DNA of 64,000 nucleotides. It comes from Octopus sinensis (lineage: Eukaryota). The notes under the pieces are model-generated. The model searched no databases, had not been told where the DNA came from, and saw only the letters and a program-made list of their open reading frames with translations. How positions within the stretch are numbered: position 1 is the stretch's first letter; each line of letters opens with the position of its first letter. Below, in pieces: positions 48,748 to 62,400 of the stretch. The position numbers and the translations under genes were made by a program. Location: positions 66,092,001-66,156,000 of the forward strand of contig NC_043010.1 of NCBI RefSeq assembly GCF_006345805.1, in the 5' to 3' direction.

Positions 48748-51700
48748 CAACAATAATAATCCTTTCTACTAAAGGCACAAGGCCTGAAATTTGGGGGGAG
48801 GGGGCCAGTTGATTAGATTGACCCCAGTACGCAACTGGTACTTAGTTTATCGACCCCCATGGGCTCTATGATAAAAAGTATTTCATCATAGTTCTTTTGT
48901 TTATCAAGCACTACATTGGCCGATGTACCCTTCTTTACTTAAAACAATAAGGTGTGATTTGAGAGTGATTTCACTGGTATCTCTAGCAGGCCAAGTTATG
49001 ACCTAGAAGCTCCCTTGAGGTTTATAATTTCTAAAACTTTATTCCTTCACAAACCTTAACCCTTTCATTACTGTATTTATTTTGATATGTTCACTGTTTC
49101 TTTCAATTACTTTTGAATATAAAAAGGATTTAGTAAAATAACTTAGTTATCATTAAGCTAGTGTTAGGAACCTAAATTGTGACTTAGGTTTGGTGGAAGA
49201 ATTTAATTCAAAACATATGTAAACAAGATATTTGTACTCAGAGCCAGAGCTGGTTTCAGCCGGGTTGGTATTAAAAGGTTTAAACCAACTATATCCAACT
49301 AAAATATTCTGATTTATGTTCAAACTGGCTATATCCAGCCTCTCACACCTATCCTTCAATGTCATTTCAAGAAATAAACAATCATTTCATTGAAATCTCA
49401 AAGCCACAAGATAATGCAGGATTAATTCAAAACAGTGTGAATAATTAAGTATTAGATTTGACAGAGAAATCTGAATGCTAACGAGTTGTAAAAAAAAAAA
49501 AAAAAAAAAGCAGAAATAATAATGAACAAAAATTACCTGATCCCTGAAAACAGGTGACTGGAAGAAGAAGAAGAAAAGAAAACCATTTACCTGAAGGATT
49601 TTGATGGGGATGTCAGTATCATGCAGCTCTTCTTGGTAGTTCTCTAATATATAGAAAGCAGTCGCCCACAGAGTTAATACGAATTGCTGGCTGGTGATAC
49701 TTGCTCTGGGGAAAAAACAACAACAACATACAAATCATCATCATCATCATCATCATCGTTTAACGTCCGTTTTCCATGCTAGCATGGGTTTGACGGTTTG
49801 ACTGGGGTCTGGGAAGCCAGAAGGCTGCACCAGGCACAAGTCTGATCTGACAGTGTTTCTACAGCTGGATGCCCTTCCTAACGGTTTGACAGTTTGACTG
49901 GGGTCTGGGAAGCCAGAAGGCTGCACCAGGCTCCAGTCTGATCTGACAGTGTTTCTACAACTGGATGCCCTTCCTAACGGTTTGACGGTTTGACTGGGGT
50001 CTGGGAAGCCAGAAGGCTGCACCAGGCTCCAGTCTGATCTGGCAGTGTTTCTACAGCTGGATGCCCTTCCTAACGGTTTGACAGTTTGACTGGGGTCTGG
50101 GAAGCCAGAAGGCTGCACCAGGCTCCAGTCTGATCTGGCAGTGTTTCTACAGCTGGATGCCCTTCCTAACGGTTTGACGGTTTGACTGGGGTCTGGGAAG
50201 CCAGAAGGCTGCACCAGGCTCCAGTCTGATCTGACAGTGTTTCTACAGCTGGATGCCCTTCCTAACGGTTTGACGGTTTGACTGGGGTCTGGGAAGCCAG
50301 AAGGCTGCACCAGGCTCCAGTCTGATCTGGCAGTGTTTCTACAGCTGGATGCCCTTCCTAACGGTTTGACTGTTTGACTGGGGTCTGAGAAGCCAGACTG
50401 CACCAGGCTCAAGTCTGATCTGGCAGTGTTTCTACAGCTGGATGCCCTTCCTAACGCCAACCACTCCGTGAGTGTAGTGGGTGCTTTTTACGTGCCACCG
50501 GCACAGGGGCCAGGCAAGGCTGTCAACAGCCACGATCGGTTGGTGCTTTTTATGTGCCACCGGCACGGAAGCCAGTCAAGGTAGCGCTGGCATCAGCCAC
50601 GTTCGGACGGTGCTTTTTATGTGCCACCAGCACGGAAGCCAGTCAAGGCGGCGCTGGCATCAGCCACATTCGGATGGTGCTTTTTACGTGCCAGTGGCAC
50701 GGAAGCCAGTCAAGGCGGCGCTGGCATCAGCCACGTTCAGATGGTGCTTTTTATGTGCCACCGGCACGGAAGCCAGTCAAGGCGGCGCTGGCATCAGCCA
50801 CATTCGGATGGTGCTTTTTACGTGCCAGTGGCACGGAAGCCAGTCAAGGCAGCGCTGGCATCAGCCACGTTCGGACGGTGCTTTTTATGTGCCACCGGCA
50901 CGGAAGCCAGTCAAGGCGGCGCTGGCATCAGCCACATTCGGATGGTGCTTTTTACATGCCAGTGGCACGGAAGCCAGTCAAGGCGGCGCTGGCATCAGCC
51001 ACGTTCAGATGGTGCTTTTTATGTGCCACCGGCACGGAAGCCAGTCAAGGCAGCGCTGGCATCAGCCACGTTCAGATGGTGCTTTTTATGTGCCACCGGC
51101 ACAGGTATCACAACTACAATTTCCATTTGATTTTTTTGATGTTGATGTACTTGACTCAATAGGCCTCCTCAAGCACAGCAGGTCACCCTACAATCCAAGG
51201 ATGAGTACAAAGAAATACAACAACACAGAAAAAAAACTTGCTATCTGTCCTCCTCCAGATTCTTCTGACTCAACCATATCTTACGTTTTACTTATTTCAG
51301 TCATCGGAGCATGGCCATGCTGGGGCACTACCTTGAAAGGTTTAGTTCAGTGGTTCTCAACCAGGGTCCATATGGCCCCTGAAGGTCCATTTAAGACTTT
51401 TAAGGGTCCACACAACAAAATAGTAAATTGGGGATCCACAATGGACTGGAGCATCACAAAATGAAGTGTTTTGCTCAAGAACACAATGCCTCATCACCCA
51501 GTCCAGGAATCAAGAGTACAGTTTTATGCTCACAAGTGCAACACCCTAACCGCTGAGCCACACGCCTCCACCAGGTACTATACAAGTTGTTATATTATTA
51601 CATTAGTTGATATATAACTTATTATGCATATATTACATTAGTTACTATCTAAGTTACTATGTATAAGACATTAGTTACAGCATAAAGCAACAAATTGGCA

Positions 51701-52578
51701 GAGTCACAACAGCATCAGAAAGAATGCTTTATGATAGTCATTCATTCTGGCTCTCTGTTTACTGAGTTCAAATCCTGCCAAGGTCAACTTAGCCATTTAT
51801 CCTTTCAGAAGGATAAATGGCAGCACCAGAAGGAATACCAGCCCAATACTGAGGTCGAGTTTATCTCTCCTTCTCCACCCACCCGTGAAAGAAATCAGCA
51901 GGGGTTAAATCTGTAGAGAAATGGGTTCCACTAGGTTCCAGAGGGGCTTTCTCCGTCTTGCGGATCCGTGGAATAAGCTGCCGGATGAGATGGTGAAGAT
52001 GCCGCCCTTGACCACAAGTGGCCTGAACACCACCCTGTAAATAACTCCATGTCCCCCTACATGGCCTTGCTTTTTTGCTTTTTGAGCCCAAAAATTAACT
52101 AACTAACTAACACTTTAGCAGTTCAACCAGCCATATCTAACTCAATTATTCTACTTGTTTTGATGTTCAAACTGGCTAGGGCTGGCCTCTCACACCTACC
52201 TTACAATGTCATTGTAAAAATAAAAACAAAAATGTCATCAAAATCTCAAAGCTACAAGATACGGCATGATTAATTCAAAGCAAAGTGAATGAACAATTTT
52301 ACATTTAACAGAATACATTATTTACATTTGACAGATATTTGTGCTCATCTTGTTTGTTAACAACAAACAAAATGAGGACAAATATCCGTCATATGTAAAT
52401 GTAAATGTAAATAGGCGCAGGAGTGGCTGTGTGGTAAGTAGCTTGCTAACCAACCACATGGTTCCGGGTTCAGTCCCACTGCGTGGCATCTTGGGCAAGT
52501 GTCTTCTGCTATAGCCCTGGGCCGACTAATGCCTTGTGAGTGGATTTGGTAGACGGAAACTGAAAGAAGCCTGTCGTA

Positions 52579-52651
<73 letters not shown>

Positions 52652-55600
52652 TTGTGTGTCTGTGTTTGTCCCCCTAGCATTGCTTGACAACTGATGCTGG
52701 TGTGTTTACGTCCCCGTCACTTAGCAGTTCAGCAAAAGAGACCGATAGAATAAGTACTGGGCTTACAAAGAATAAGTCCCAGGGTCGATTTGCTCAACTA
52801 AAGGCGGTGCTCCAGCATGGCCGCAGTCAAAATGACTGAAACAAGTAAAAGAGTAATGCAAATAATATAAATAATGTACATAATTCCTCATCTCTTAAAT
52901 ATAGAACTGTATTTAACAGAGTAATCTGAATGCTAAAAGGGTTAATTACCAGAACATATTGTATGCCACAACAGCAGCCCTACAACTCCCCCTGGAGCTG
53001 ACAGCCCTCCCCCCCAAAAAGGAAGGATTAGTTACTATCAGTTAGTATTAAAAAGAATTTTTTAAAATCTTTTTTAACGTACTGTGAAATTACTGCAAGG
53101 TGTCGCAGGAGGAAGTCTGTGACCATTGGAATAATCTGCTTAGTAAGATCTATAATCCCAGCTTCTAAAATGTATAGGATGCCGTGGAGTGCATGTGTCT
53201 TACTCGGTAGATGAGTACTCTTCAGGCCAGCATCAAGCATTTTAAACAGTCTGTCAGCTGCTTGGCATTCCTGCAAACAGTAGAAAGGAAGATAGATAAG
53301 AACAAGTGCAAGCTAAAACAGAAAAGGCAACCAAACATCTAACTCTTTAGAAATTCACCTCTTGACATACACATTTTCTTTTTTTCAATTTCCATAAAAA
53401 ATATATCTAGCGTCCATTTTATTCAAGTAGGTCTTAGGCTTTCAGTGGTCTAAGGACCTTGTAACGAGCGAATGCTTTCATAGAGAAAAAGAGAAAAGAG
53501 AAGAAAGGAAAGAGAATCTGTATATAAGGAAGAATAAGTACATAAATTATTATTTTGGATTATCATCATCATCATCATCGTTCAACGTCCGTTTTCCATG
53601 CTGGCATGGGTTGGACGGTTTGACTGGGGTACAGTGCAGCCTTTGACTGAAGTGCAAAGAGAAAGGCGACTTCAACAACAACTGAAGCTGATATCAGACA
53701 AGTGATTGGGGGGGGGGGTGCAAGAGAAAGACAAATTTTTAAAAAATAAATAAAATTTCAAAATTAAAAAAAAATTTTTTTTTTAAATTAAAAGTCAAAG
53801 AAAACAAGTGAAGAAAGAAATGAACGTACAACTCCGACAAGACCGGCAGATTTGCAAATACCAACATTCAAGTATTGCAATACCAGTTCATCTTCTGCAG
53901 GGTGCACCTTCTGCACGTCTAATAGAGTTTCCAACATCCATTCAAACTGGAAGCGTTCAGTGAAGAGATCAGACAAACATACAATCTGTTGGCAGAAAAA
54001 TGAGAAGACATGGAATAGAGGGACAATAATTCATTCTACAATAGGCACAAGGCCTGACATTTTAGGGGAAGGATTTAGTCGATTACATTGGCCCCAGTAT
54101 TCAACTGGTACTTATTTTATTCACTAAAAGGATGCATGATAAAGTGGGATGGAAGCACTCCGTCGGTTTCGACGACGAGGGTTCCGGTTGATCCGAATCA
54201 ATGGAACAGCCTGCTCGTGAAATTAACGTGTAAGTGGCTGAGCACTCCACAGACACGTGTACCCTTAACGTAGTTCTCGGGGATATTCAGCGTGACACAG
54301 AGAGTGACAAGGCCGGCCCTTTGAAATACAGGTACAACAGAAACAGGAAGTAAGAGTGAGAGAAAGTTGTGGTGAAAGAGTACAGCAGAGATCACCACCA
54401 TCCCCTGCCGGAGCCTCGTGGTGCTTTAGGTGTTTTTTCGCTCAATGAACACTCACAACGCCCGGTCTGGGAATCGAAACCGCGATCCTATGACTGCGAG
54501 TCCGCTGCCCTAACCACTGGGCCATTGCGCCTCCACGCATGATAAAGTAGACCTCAGCAGAATAATAACAATTGTAACTGTTTTCACTACAAGTTCAAGG
54601 CCTTTCATTTTGGGGGAGGGTCTTAGTGGATTACAGGGGAAATCCCAATGCTCAACTGGTACTTGTTTTATCAACTCTGAAAGGATTAACCCTTTCGTTA
54701 CCAACCTGGCTGCAGCTGGCCAAAAAATTTTGGGGCTCAAACGACTAACCCTGCCTAAGCCAGCCAAGTGAACCCATTGATATTTAAATGTGAATTTCAG
54801 TACAAATCTTGTTAGTAAATTCGTGAAAACACTTCATTTCACTTTGTAAATAGTTGAGTCACAGTATCTGACACTGGTGTGTTTACGTCCCCCGTAACTT
54901 AGCGGTTCGGCAAAAGAGACCGATAGAATAAGTACTAGGCTTCCAAAGAATAAGTCCTGGGGGTCGATTTGCTCGACTAAATGCAGTGCTCCAGCATGGC
55001 CGCACTCAAATGACTGAAACGTGTAAAAGAGTAAAAGAGTTAGCATTTTGGAGGAAGAGGGGATGGGTGGCGAGTGGCAGAAGAAGAAGAATGTGAGTTC
55101 TAGAGCAGGTGGTGGTGGTGGTGGTGGTGGTGGTGGTGTTGGCGGAGCGTGTGAATATAAACAATACTTACTGATTTGACCACAGCATTGACCAACATCG
55201 GAGGAGGCTTTGGTTTTGCAGTTGGAGAAAGCCACTGACCATAGAGCTCCAACAAAAACTGAAGGCAGGAATGGATGTCAAGGCCACTGACTGAAATTGA
55301 CCTTTCCCGGCCTCCGTCTGTCGTCGATGGTGTCTGCTTCTTACGTTGGATAGGCGGACTCTCCATAGACTCCGGACTGTCCGATTCGGACAGACTCATC
55401 TCTAGCATTCCCACTATGGTCCATATTGAATCGATGGAGATCTGGTTTTGTGAACAGGAAAGAAACGTGACAGGAATCGTTTATAACAAAAGTAAAAGTT
55501 AAAAAAAAAAAAATTAAATTAAAAGATAAAAATGTAAAAGAGCTCAAGAGAGGGAGAGAGTGGTATGGAAACTAAACAAAAGGGTAAGGGATGTGTGTGA

Positions 55601-55704
55601 AGAGACAGAGAGAGAAAGAGAAGAGAGAGGGAAAGACGGAGAGAGAGAAAAGAGAAGAATTAAAAATTAAAGGAGGGAAATGTATAGGAAAAGAAAGTGA
55701 AAAA

Positions 55705-55742
<38 letters not shown>

Positions 55743-55992
55743 CAATTAAGGACTGAACACGAAAAGTGGACAGTCAACATGCTAGATATAGACGTCAAAT
55801 TGCCATTCTCCACAAAAGATTTGAGAACATAATCTTTTGTGGAGAATGGCGATTTGACGTCTATATCTAGCATGTTGACTGTCCACTTTTCATGTTCAGT
55901 CCTTAATTGGTATATATAAATATTTTAATCTTCGGATTCTTTTTTAATATGCTGGACCACTGGTTTTAATTGATAAAGGATTTCTACCCTTA

Positions 55993-56055
<63 letters not shown>

Positions 56056-59000
56056 GTGGCAAGTCATACAAAAGGAGAGAGAAAGAAAGAGAAAAGGAAA
56101 AACAAAGAGGCAGAAACTAACAGAACGTGTGTGTTTTGCTGTAGTACTGACCTGGCCAAGCATCAGTTCTTCTTCTCCGATTTCTCTCTCAAGATTTACC
56201 TCAAGCATCTGAAGGAAGGATGAATCAGGGTGGCCATTTCTGGAACTGGAATTACTGCTCACAGGACTAGAGGGCAAAAAAAAAAAAAGATAATGTAGGT
56301 GCAGGTGTGGTTGCGTGGTAAGAAGACGTTTGCTTCCCAACCACATGATTGAGGGTTCAGTCCCACTATGTGTGTGTGTGTGACACCTTGGGCAAGTGCC
56401 TTCTACTATAGCCCCATGCCAACCAAAGCTTTGTGAGTGGATTTGGTAGACAAAAACTGAAAGAAGCCTCTCTGTGTGTTTGTGTCTGTTTATCCCCCAT
56501 CACCACTTGCCAACAGATGTTGGTATGTTTAAATCTCTGTTACTTAGCAGTTCGGCAAAAGACACCAATAGAATAAGTACTAGAGTTGATTCATTCGACT
56601 AAAAATGCTTCACGCTGGAGCCCCAGCATGGCCACAGTCCAAGTGAGTCATTGGTAATGGCTGTTAGAGCAAAAGGCCTCCCAGCAATCTATAGGCACCA
56701 GGTTAGTAGTAAGTGACACCTAGCTACATCATCATCATCATCAACCAGCATGGGTAACATCATGCTTGCATGGATCAGATGAGACTTCGCTGAGACAACC
56801 TTTTCTACAGCCAGATGCCTTCCTGACACCAAAACCTCGCTTGAGTCTAAGCAAAGAAATAATCCTTTGGTTTACTGAACAACAAGCTTTCACAGAGGAT
56901 TGCGAATAACACTGTTGGAGCGAACAGTGAAAATTTTAGAAAATTACTATTTTTAAATTTCACAACGTGAGATATTCAGCAACAGTACTTTGTAGTAAAG
57001 ATTGTTTGCCAACATAACATGGTAGTCCTGGTTTAGGACTAAGCCCCAGGAGACATTGTCTCCAGCTGGCTATACAACACAATCTATGTCCTTATATTTG
57101 CAAACAAGGGAATCTAGCAACCCCGCTCAGCTCAAAACAATATCTGTGTATCACTATTTCCAGGTTATTTCCCTTCATCAGCACGGAATAATTGCTCGGC
57201 TAGAGGTGGTGCTGCCGAATTCTCGTTTGAAATATATAGTTTTCAAAGTGACAACTAGTCAACTGATCTATAAATTAGAAAATTACTATTTTTAAATCTC
57301 ACAATGAGAGATATTCAGCAACAGTACTTTGGAGTAAAGATTGTTTGCCAACTTAACATGGCAGTCCTGTAATTTAGCCCCAGGAGACATTGTCTCCAGC
57401 TGGCTATACAACATGATCTGTGTCCCTTGTTCGAAAATATAAAGACACAGATCGTGTCGTACAGCCAGCTGGAGACGATGTCTCCTGGGAGTGAATTACA
57501 GTAACATTAGTCCAAAACCAGGACTGCCATATTATGTTGGCAAACAATCTTTACTAGTGAAAATGTTGTTCACAAGCAGTGCACACATATCAAGATAAGT
57601 AAGAATATATATTTCTTTACTGCCCATAAGGGGCTAAACACAGAGGAGACAAACAAGGACAGACAAACGGATTAAGTCGATTACATCGACCCAGTGCGTA
57701 ACTGGTACTTAATTTATCGACCTCGGAAGGATGAAAAGCAAAGTCGACCTCGGCGGAATTTGAACTCGGAACGTAACAGCAGACGAAATACGGCAACGCA
57801 TTTCGCCCGGCGTGCTAACTTTTCTGCCAGCTCGCCGCCTTCATAAGTAAGAATATAGAGTCAGCCACACACAAAATTTGGTTAAAAAATAAAAGAATTC
57901 TCTCTTACTTTGAGCTGCATATACGCTGTATGTGTTGTTCAATGAAGCCACGGAGTGTGGCAAGCTTCTTCCCACATCTGAAATGAGATTGGTTTTATAT
58001 AAAAGTTTTAAAAGGTTTGATTGTGGAGAACTGGGACACGAAATGTAAACATTAATAAACCTTTCTACTATAAGCACAAGGCCTGGAATTTGGTGGGAGG
58101 GGACTAGTCGATTACTTTGATCCCTGTGCTCAACTGGTACTTAATTTATAGACCCCAAAAGGATGAAAAGTAGAGCTGGTTTCAGCTGGGTTGGTATCAA
58201 AAGGGTTAAGAATTGTTTCTCTATATATTTTAACCCTTTTGTTACCATATTTCTGTTGAAATGCTCTGTGTTTCTTTCACTTAATTTTAAATATAACAAA
58301 GAATTAAGTAAAATGTTTACATCTCTGTTACTTAGCAGTTCGGCAAAAGACACCAATAGAATAAGTACTAGAGTTGATTTATTCGACTAAAAATGCTTCA
58401 CGCTGGAGCCCCAGCATGGCCACAGTCCAAGTGAGTCATTGGTAATGGCTGTTAGAGCAAAAGGCCTCCCAGCAATCTATAGGCACCAGGTTAGTAGTAA
58501 GTGACACCTAGCTACATCATCATCATCATCAACCAGCATGGGTAACATCAATTTAATATCTACTTTTCCATGCTTGCATGGATCAGATGAGACTTCGCTT
58601 AGTTATCATTAAGCTAGTGTTAGGAACATAAATTGCGACTAAAGTTTGGTGGAAGATTTTAATTCAAAACTTATGAAGACAAGACATTTGTACTCAGAGC
58701 CAGAGGCGGTTTCAGCTGGGTTGGTAACGAAAAGGTTAAGAATTGTTTCTCTATTATATATTTTAACCCTTTCATTACTGTATTTATTTTGAGATGCTCT
58801 GTGTTTCTTTCAATTAATTTTAAATATAACAAAGAATTTAGTAAAGTAACTTGGTTATCATTAAGCTAGTGTTAGGGACATAAATTGTGACTTAGGTTTG
58901 GTGGAAGATTTTAATTCAAAACTTATGCAAACAAGACATTTGTACTCAGAGCCAGGTTGGTAACGAAAGGATTAAGGGACTTGTCAATTGTCAACTGGGG

Positions 59001-59454
59001 GCTTCATGTGGCACCAGCACCACTGCTTTTTATGTGCCAAGAAAAGAACATAGGTATAAAATTAAAAAAGAAAACAAGGAAAACTTTTCAAAACAATAAA
59101 TAATAATAATTATTATTATTCAACACTTACTTTGTATGGAGAAATGCTAAAGGTTTATCCCGTGGGGCCATTTCATAGCGACTGTTAGAAGGATTGCCAG
59201 GAGAAGGTGTCAACATAGATTGTACTAATAAGGATGTTATAGCTTTCACAGCCAAAACCATTGCTTGCGATCTTTCCATTTCTTCCTGAAATGAAAAAGA
59301 GAAAGATAAATAATAAACATGAACCAGCTTTTTGATAGTCTTAAATATAAAAAGATGGGTGGTTTGGCATTAGCAATAGAGCATCAGATAAAATGTAGTA
59401 GTAGTAGTAGTACAGCAGTAGTAGTAGCTAGCAGCAGCAGTAGTAGTAGTAGTA

Positions 59455-59496
<42 letters not shown>

Positions 59497-62400
59497 CAGC
59501 AGCAGCAGCAGCTATAATAATGGCAATTTCAAATTATGGTGCAAGGCCAGCAATTTCAGGTCGAGGGTAGGTCGAACCCAATACACAACTGGTACTTATG
59601 TTATAGACCCCGAAAGGATGAAAGGCAAGTTCAACCTCAGTGCTATTTGAACTCAGAACACAAAGACAGATGAAATGCCATTCAGCATTTTGTCCAGCAT
59701 CCTAATGATTCTGCCAGCACACCACTTTAAAACTGTTATAATCATATTATCATTGGTAATAGTAACAGCAGTAATGGCAGTAGTACTCAATACTCTGGCT
59801 GTGATGCTTAAAATACTAAACGACCCTCGAATTTTAAATTCAAAATGTTCAGTTTTCTTTTACATTTAACCTTTCGGCATTTAAACTGGCTTTATCCAGT
59901 CTCTCACACCTACCCTACAATGTCATGCTAAAAGTAAATAATCCCATAATCGAAATCTCAAAGCTATGAGACAATGCATGATTAAGTGAAAACAAGATGA
60001 ACAAAAGCACTCAGAGGACACAAACCTCCGCCAAGGCAACACCGACGTCCTCTCAACGATTAGCCAGAGAGGATTTTTAAAATGAGAATATCTGAAATAA
60101 ACTCGACTGCTCTCACAAATGGGAATACTAAAAATGAAACCAACTGCTCTCAAAAATTAAGTAACAAAAAAAATAGCAGGAAAAATAATCCAGAATCCTC
60201 ATCCAGTACCGGATCGATCCCAAAATCTAATCAGTTTGTGCCAGTCACAAGGCCAAACATCTCTGAAAGTTTCATCCGAATCCATTCAGGGCTTCTTGAG
60301 ATATCTTGTCCACAGACCAACAAACAAACATGATTAAAAACAATACCTCTGCCTTCGCTAAGGCGGAGGTAATAAATAAGTATTACACTTGAAAAAAAAC
60401 TCATCTGAATGCTAAAGGGTTTAACAAGTCAAAAATTCTTGGAGACATATTAAAAAAAAAAAAAGGACCCACCTCAGGAGAAAGATGTTCCTCTTCCATG
60501 GAGGGTGCAGAACTAACCACACCCAACAAACTCATCCAGGTTTCTTCAAACTGTTGTCGACTAATCCAACCTATAAGAGACGAAGAGTATTCATCAAAAA
60601 CACAAACAGCAAAATACCAGCTTGCCACCTTAATAATAATAATAATAATAATAAAACAATTCCTGTTGTCATAGGTGCCCTAGAAATGGTAGCAAAAGGG
60701 GCTGATTCCTGCCTAGCTCGGATACCAAGAAACCCCAAAATGGCAGAAATTCAAAAGATAGTGCACATGGGAACTGCCCATATCCTACGTAAAATACTGT
60801 CTATGTAATCTCAAATTTTAAAACAAACATAATTTTCTTATGGTTTCTTAACCCTTTCGTTACTATATTTCTGACCAAAATACACCCCTTATGTGTTTCA
60901 ATTAATTTCTAACATAATCATAAATTTAGTCTGGTTTCATTAAACAACTATAACTTTTTTATTTATCAATATATTAACGTGAATTTTGGAAGATAATTTA
61001 ATGAAATGTTCTCAACCAATTCTATACTATAATTTTTGTCACAAAGTGACTCTAATTGCAGGTAGATACAGGTAAATTCAACAACATATAAAATTATTAA
61101 AATTTTGTTCAAACATCACTATAGAAAATGGGTTATTAGCTAATATTCAATTAGGTATACAACAAAATTTTATGATAGAATTTGTTATTCTGGGTAACTT
61201 TCTGATACCCATAATAATATTTATGGCAAAATAGTCTTAATTTCATTTAAGGTTATGGGAAACCACTAACTATCCTTTCTTTCATTTTGTTTACATTTAG
61301 CATAACGGTTCGTTTCCGCCGTAATGATTTCAAATAGGCTCATTCGAAAAAGTAAAAAGAAATAGTCTAAAGCTTTACTCTTTTGGGAAAGTCTGTGGCT
61401 TGGTCCAGTTTCTTCAGAAAAATCACCGAAAGAAACAGTTTTTAAATTTTCACTCCATTCAGGTGCCAATTCATTTTCTTTATTGCTGTCGGAGCTCTCG
61501 GATTCACTGTTTTCATTTTTGGAAAATGAAACATCAGATTCATTATCAAATACCACATGCTTTTTTTTTCCAGTCATAGAGTTAGATTTATGAAGGTCTT
61601 CAGAAGAAAATCCTTCGAATTCTGACTTGCTGCTTGATATAATGAAATTCGTATCCATTTTTTGTCAGAATTACAAATTTTGAAAACACAATAGGAACAA
61701 ATTTCGGAAAAAAATCTCCCAAAATTCACGGAATTAAAATTACACTTCGATTTTTGTACAAAACTGTAGTTGAACTCTTTACAAAGTATAATACGTATTT
61801 TCACGAATGTACTAAAGAGATTTGCTCTGATATTCTCATTTAAATATGAATAGGTAAATTCGGGCGGTTTTGGGCAGTTTGGTCACATTAACCAAAATTT
61901 TTTTCGGGCGGTTTGGTAACGGAAGGGTTAAACATTCTCTAGAACAGCACTATGTACAAAACCAAATATATGGCACCCTAGGCATAACACCAACAGGAAC
62001 TTCTAACTTGTTGTCTCTTGAGGTCTCTGGGTGAGACTTGGAGCCAACTTGTACAAATGCAAAGCAAAAGTCAAAGATAAAATAATAATAATAATAATAA
62101 TATGTTAACAAACCTAAAGAATTGACTCTGAAGACAAACTCTTTCAGGACTTCCTTGTCCAGCAGATAGTCTAACGGTAATGGAGGTAACTTGGTCCGCA
62201 TCTCCCCACTTGGTGAGGGCATCCAGCCCATCTTCCAGACAAGGGGTGGTGTTCGAGCATAACTGTTCAACAAAGGTAGCCGGGCAAGACCTGACAAAGT
62301 TTGTAGGGTTCACAAAGAATTGAAAAGAAAAAGTGGAAATGAATAAGAAACAGTTTGGCACCCAGAATGGTAATCTAAAGAAAAACACAGAAGAGAGGAA

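Noticed and set aside
49753-51464. ORFs of 169-327 aa
   Set aside because: They arise from the 96-bp and 67-bp retroposon-derived arrays.
54460-54536. tRNA-like sequence (also 11360-11437 and the SINE A/C heads)
   Set aside because: These are heads of multi-copy SINEs that continue into SINE bodies; no complete cloverleaf could be supported.
59495-59513. Short (CAG)n run inside huntingtin
   Set aside because: It is intronic, on the opposite strand and only ~6 units. The polyQ-bearing first exon is outside the window.
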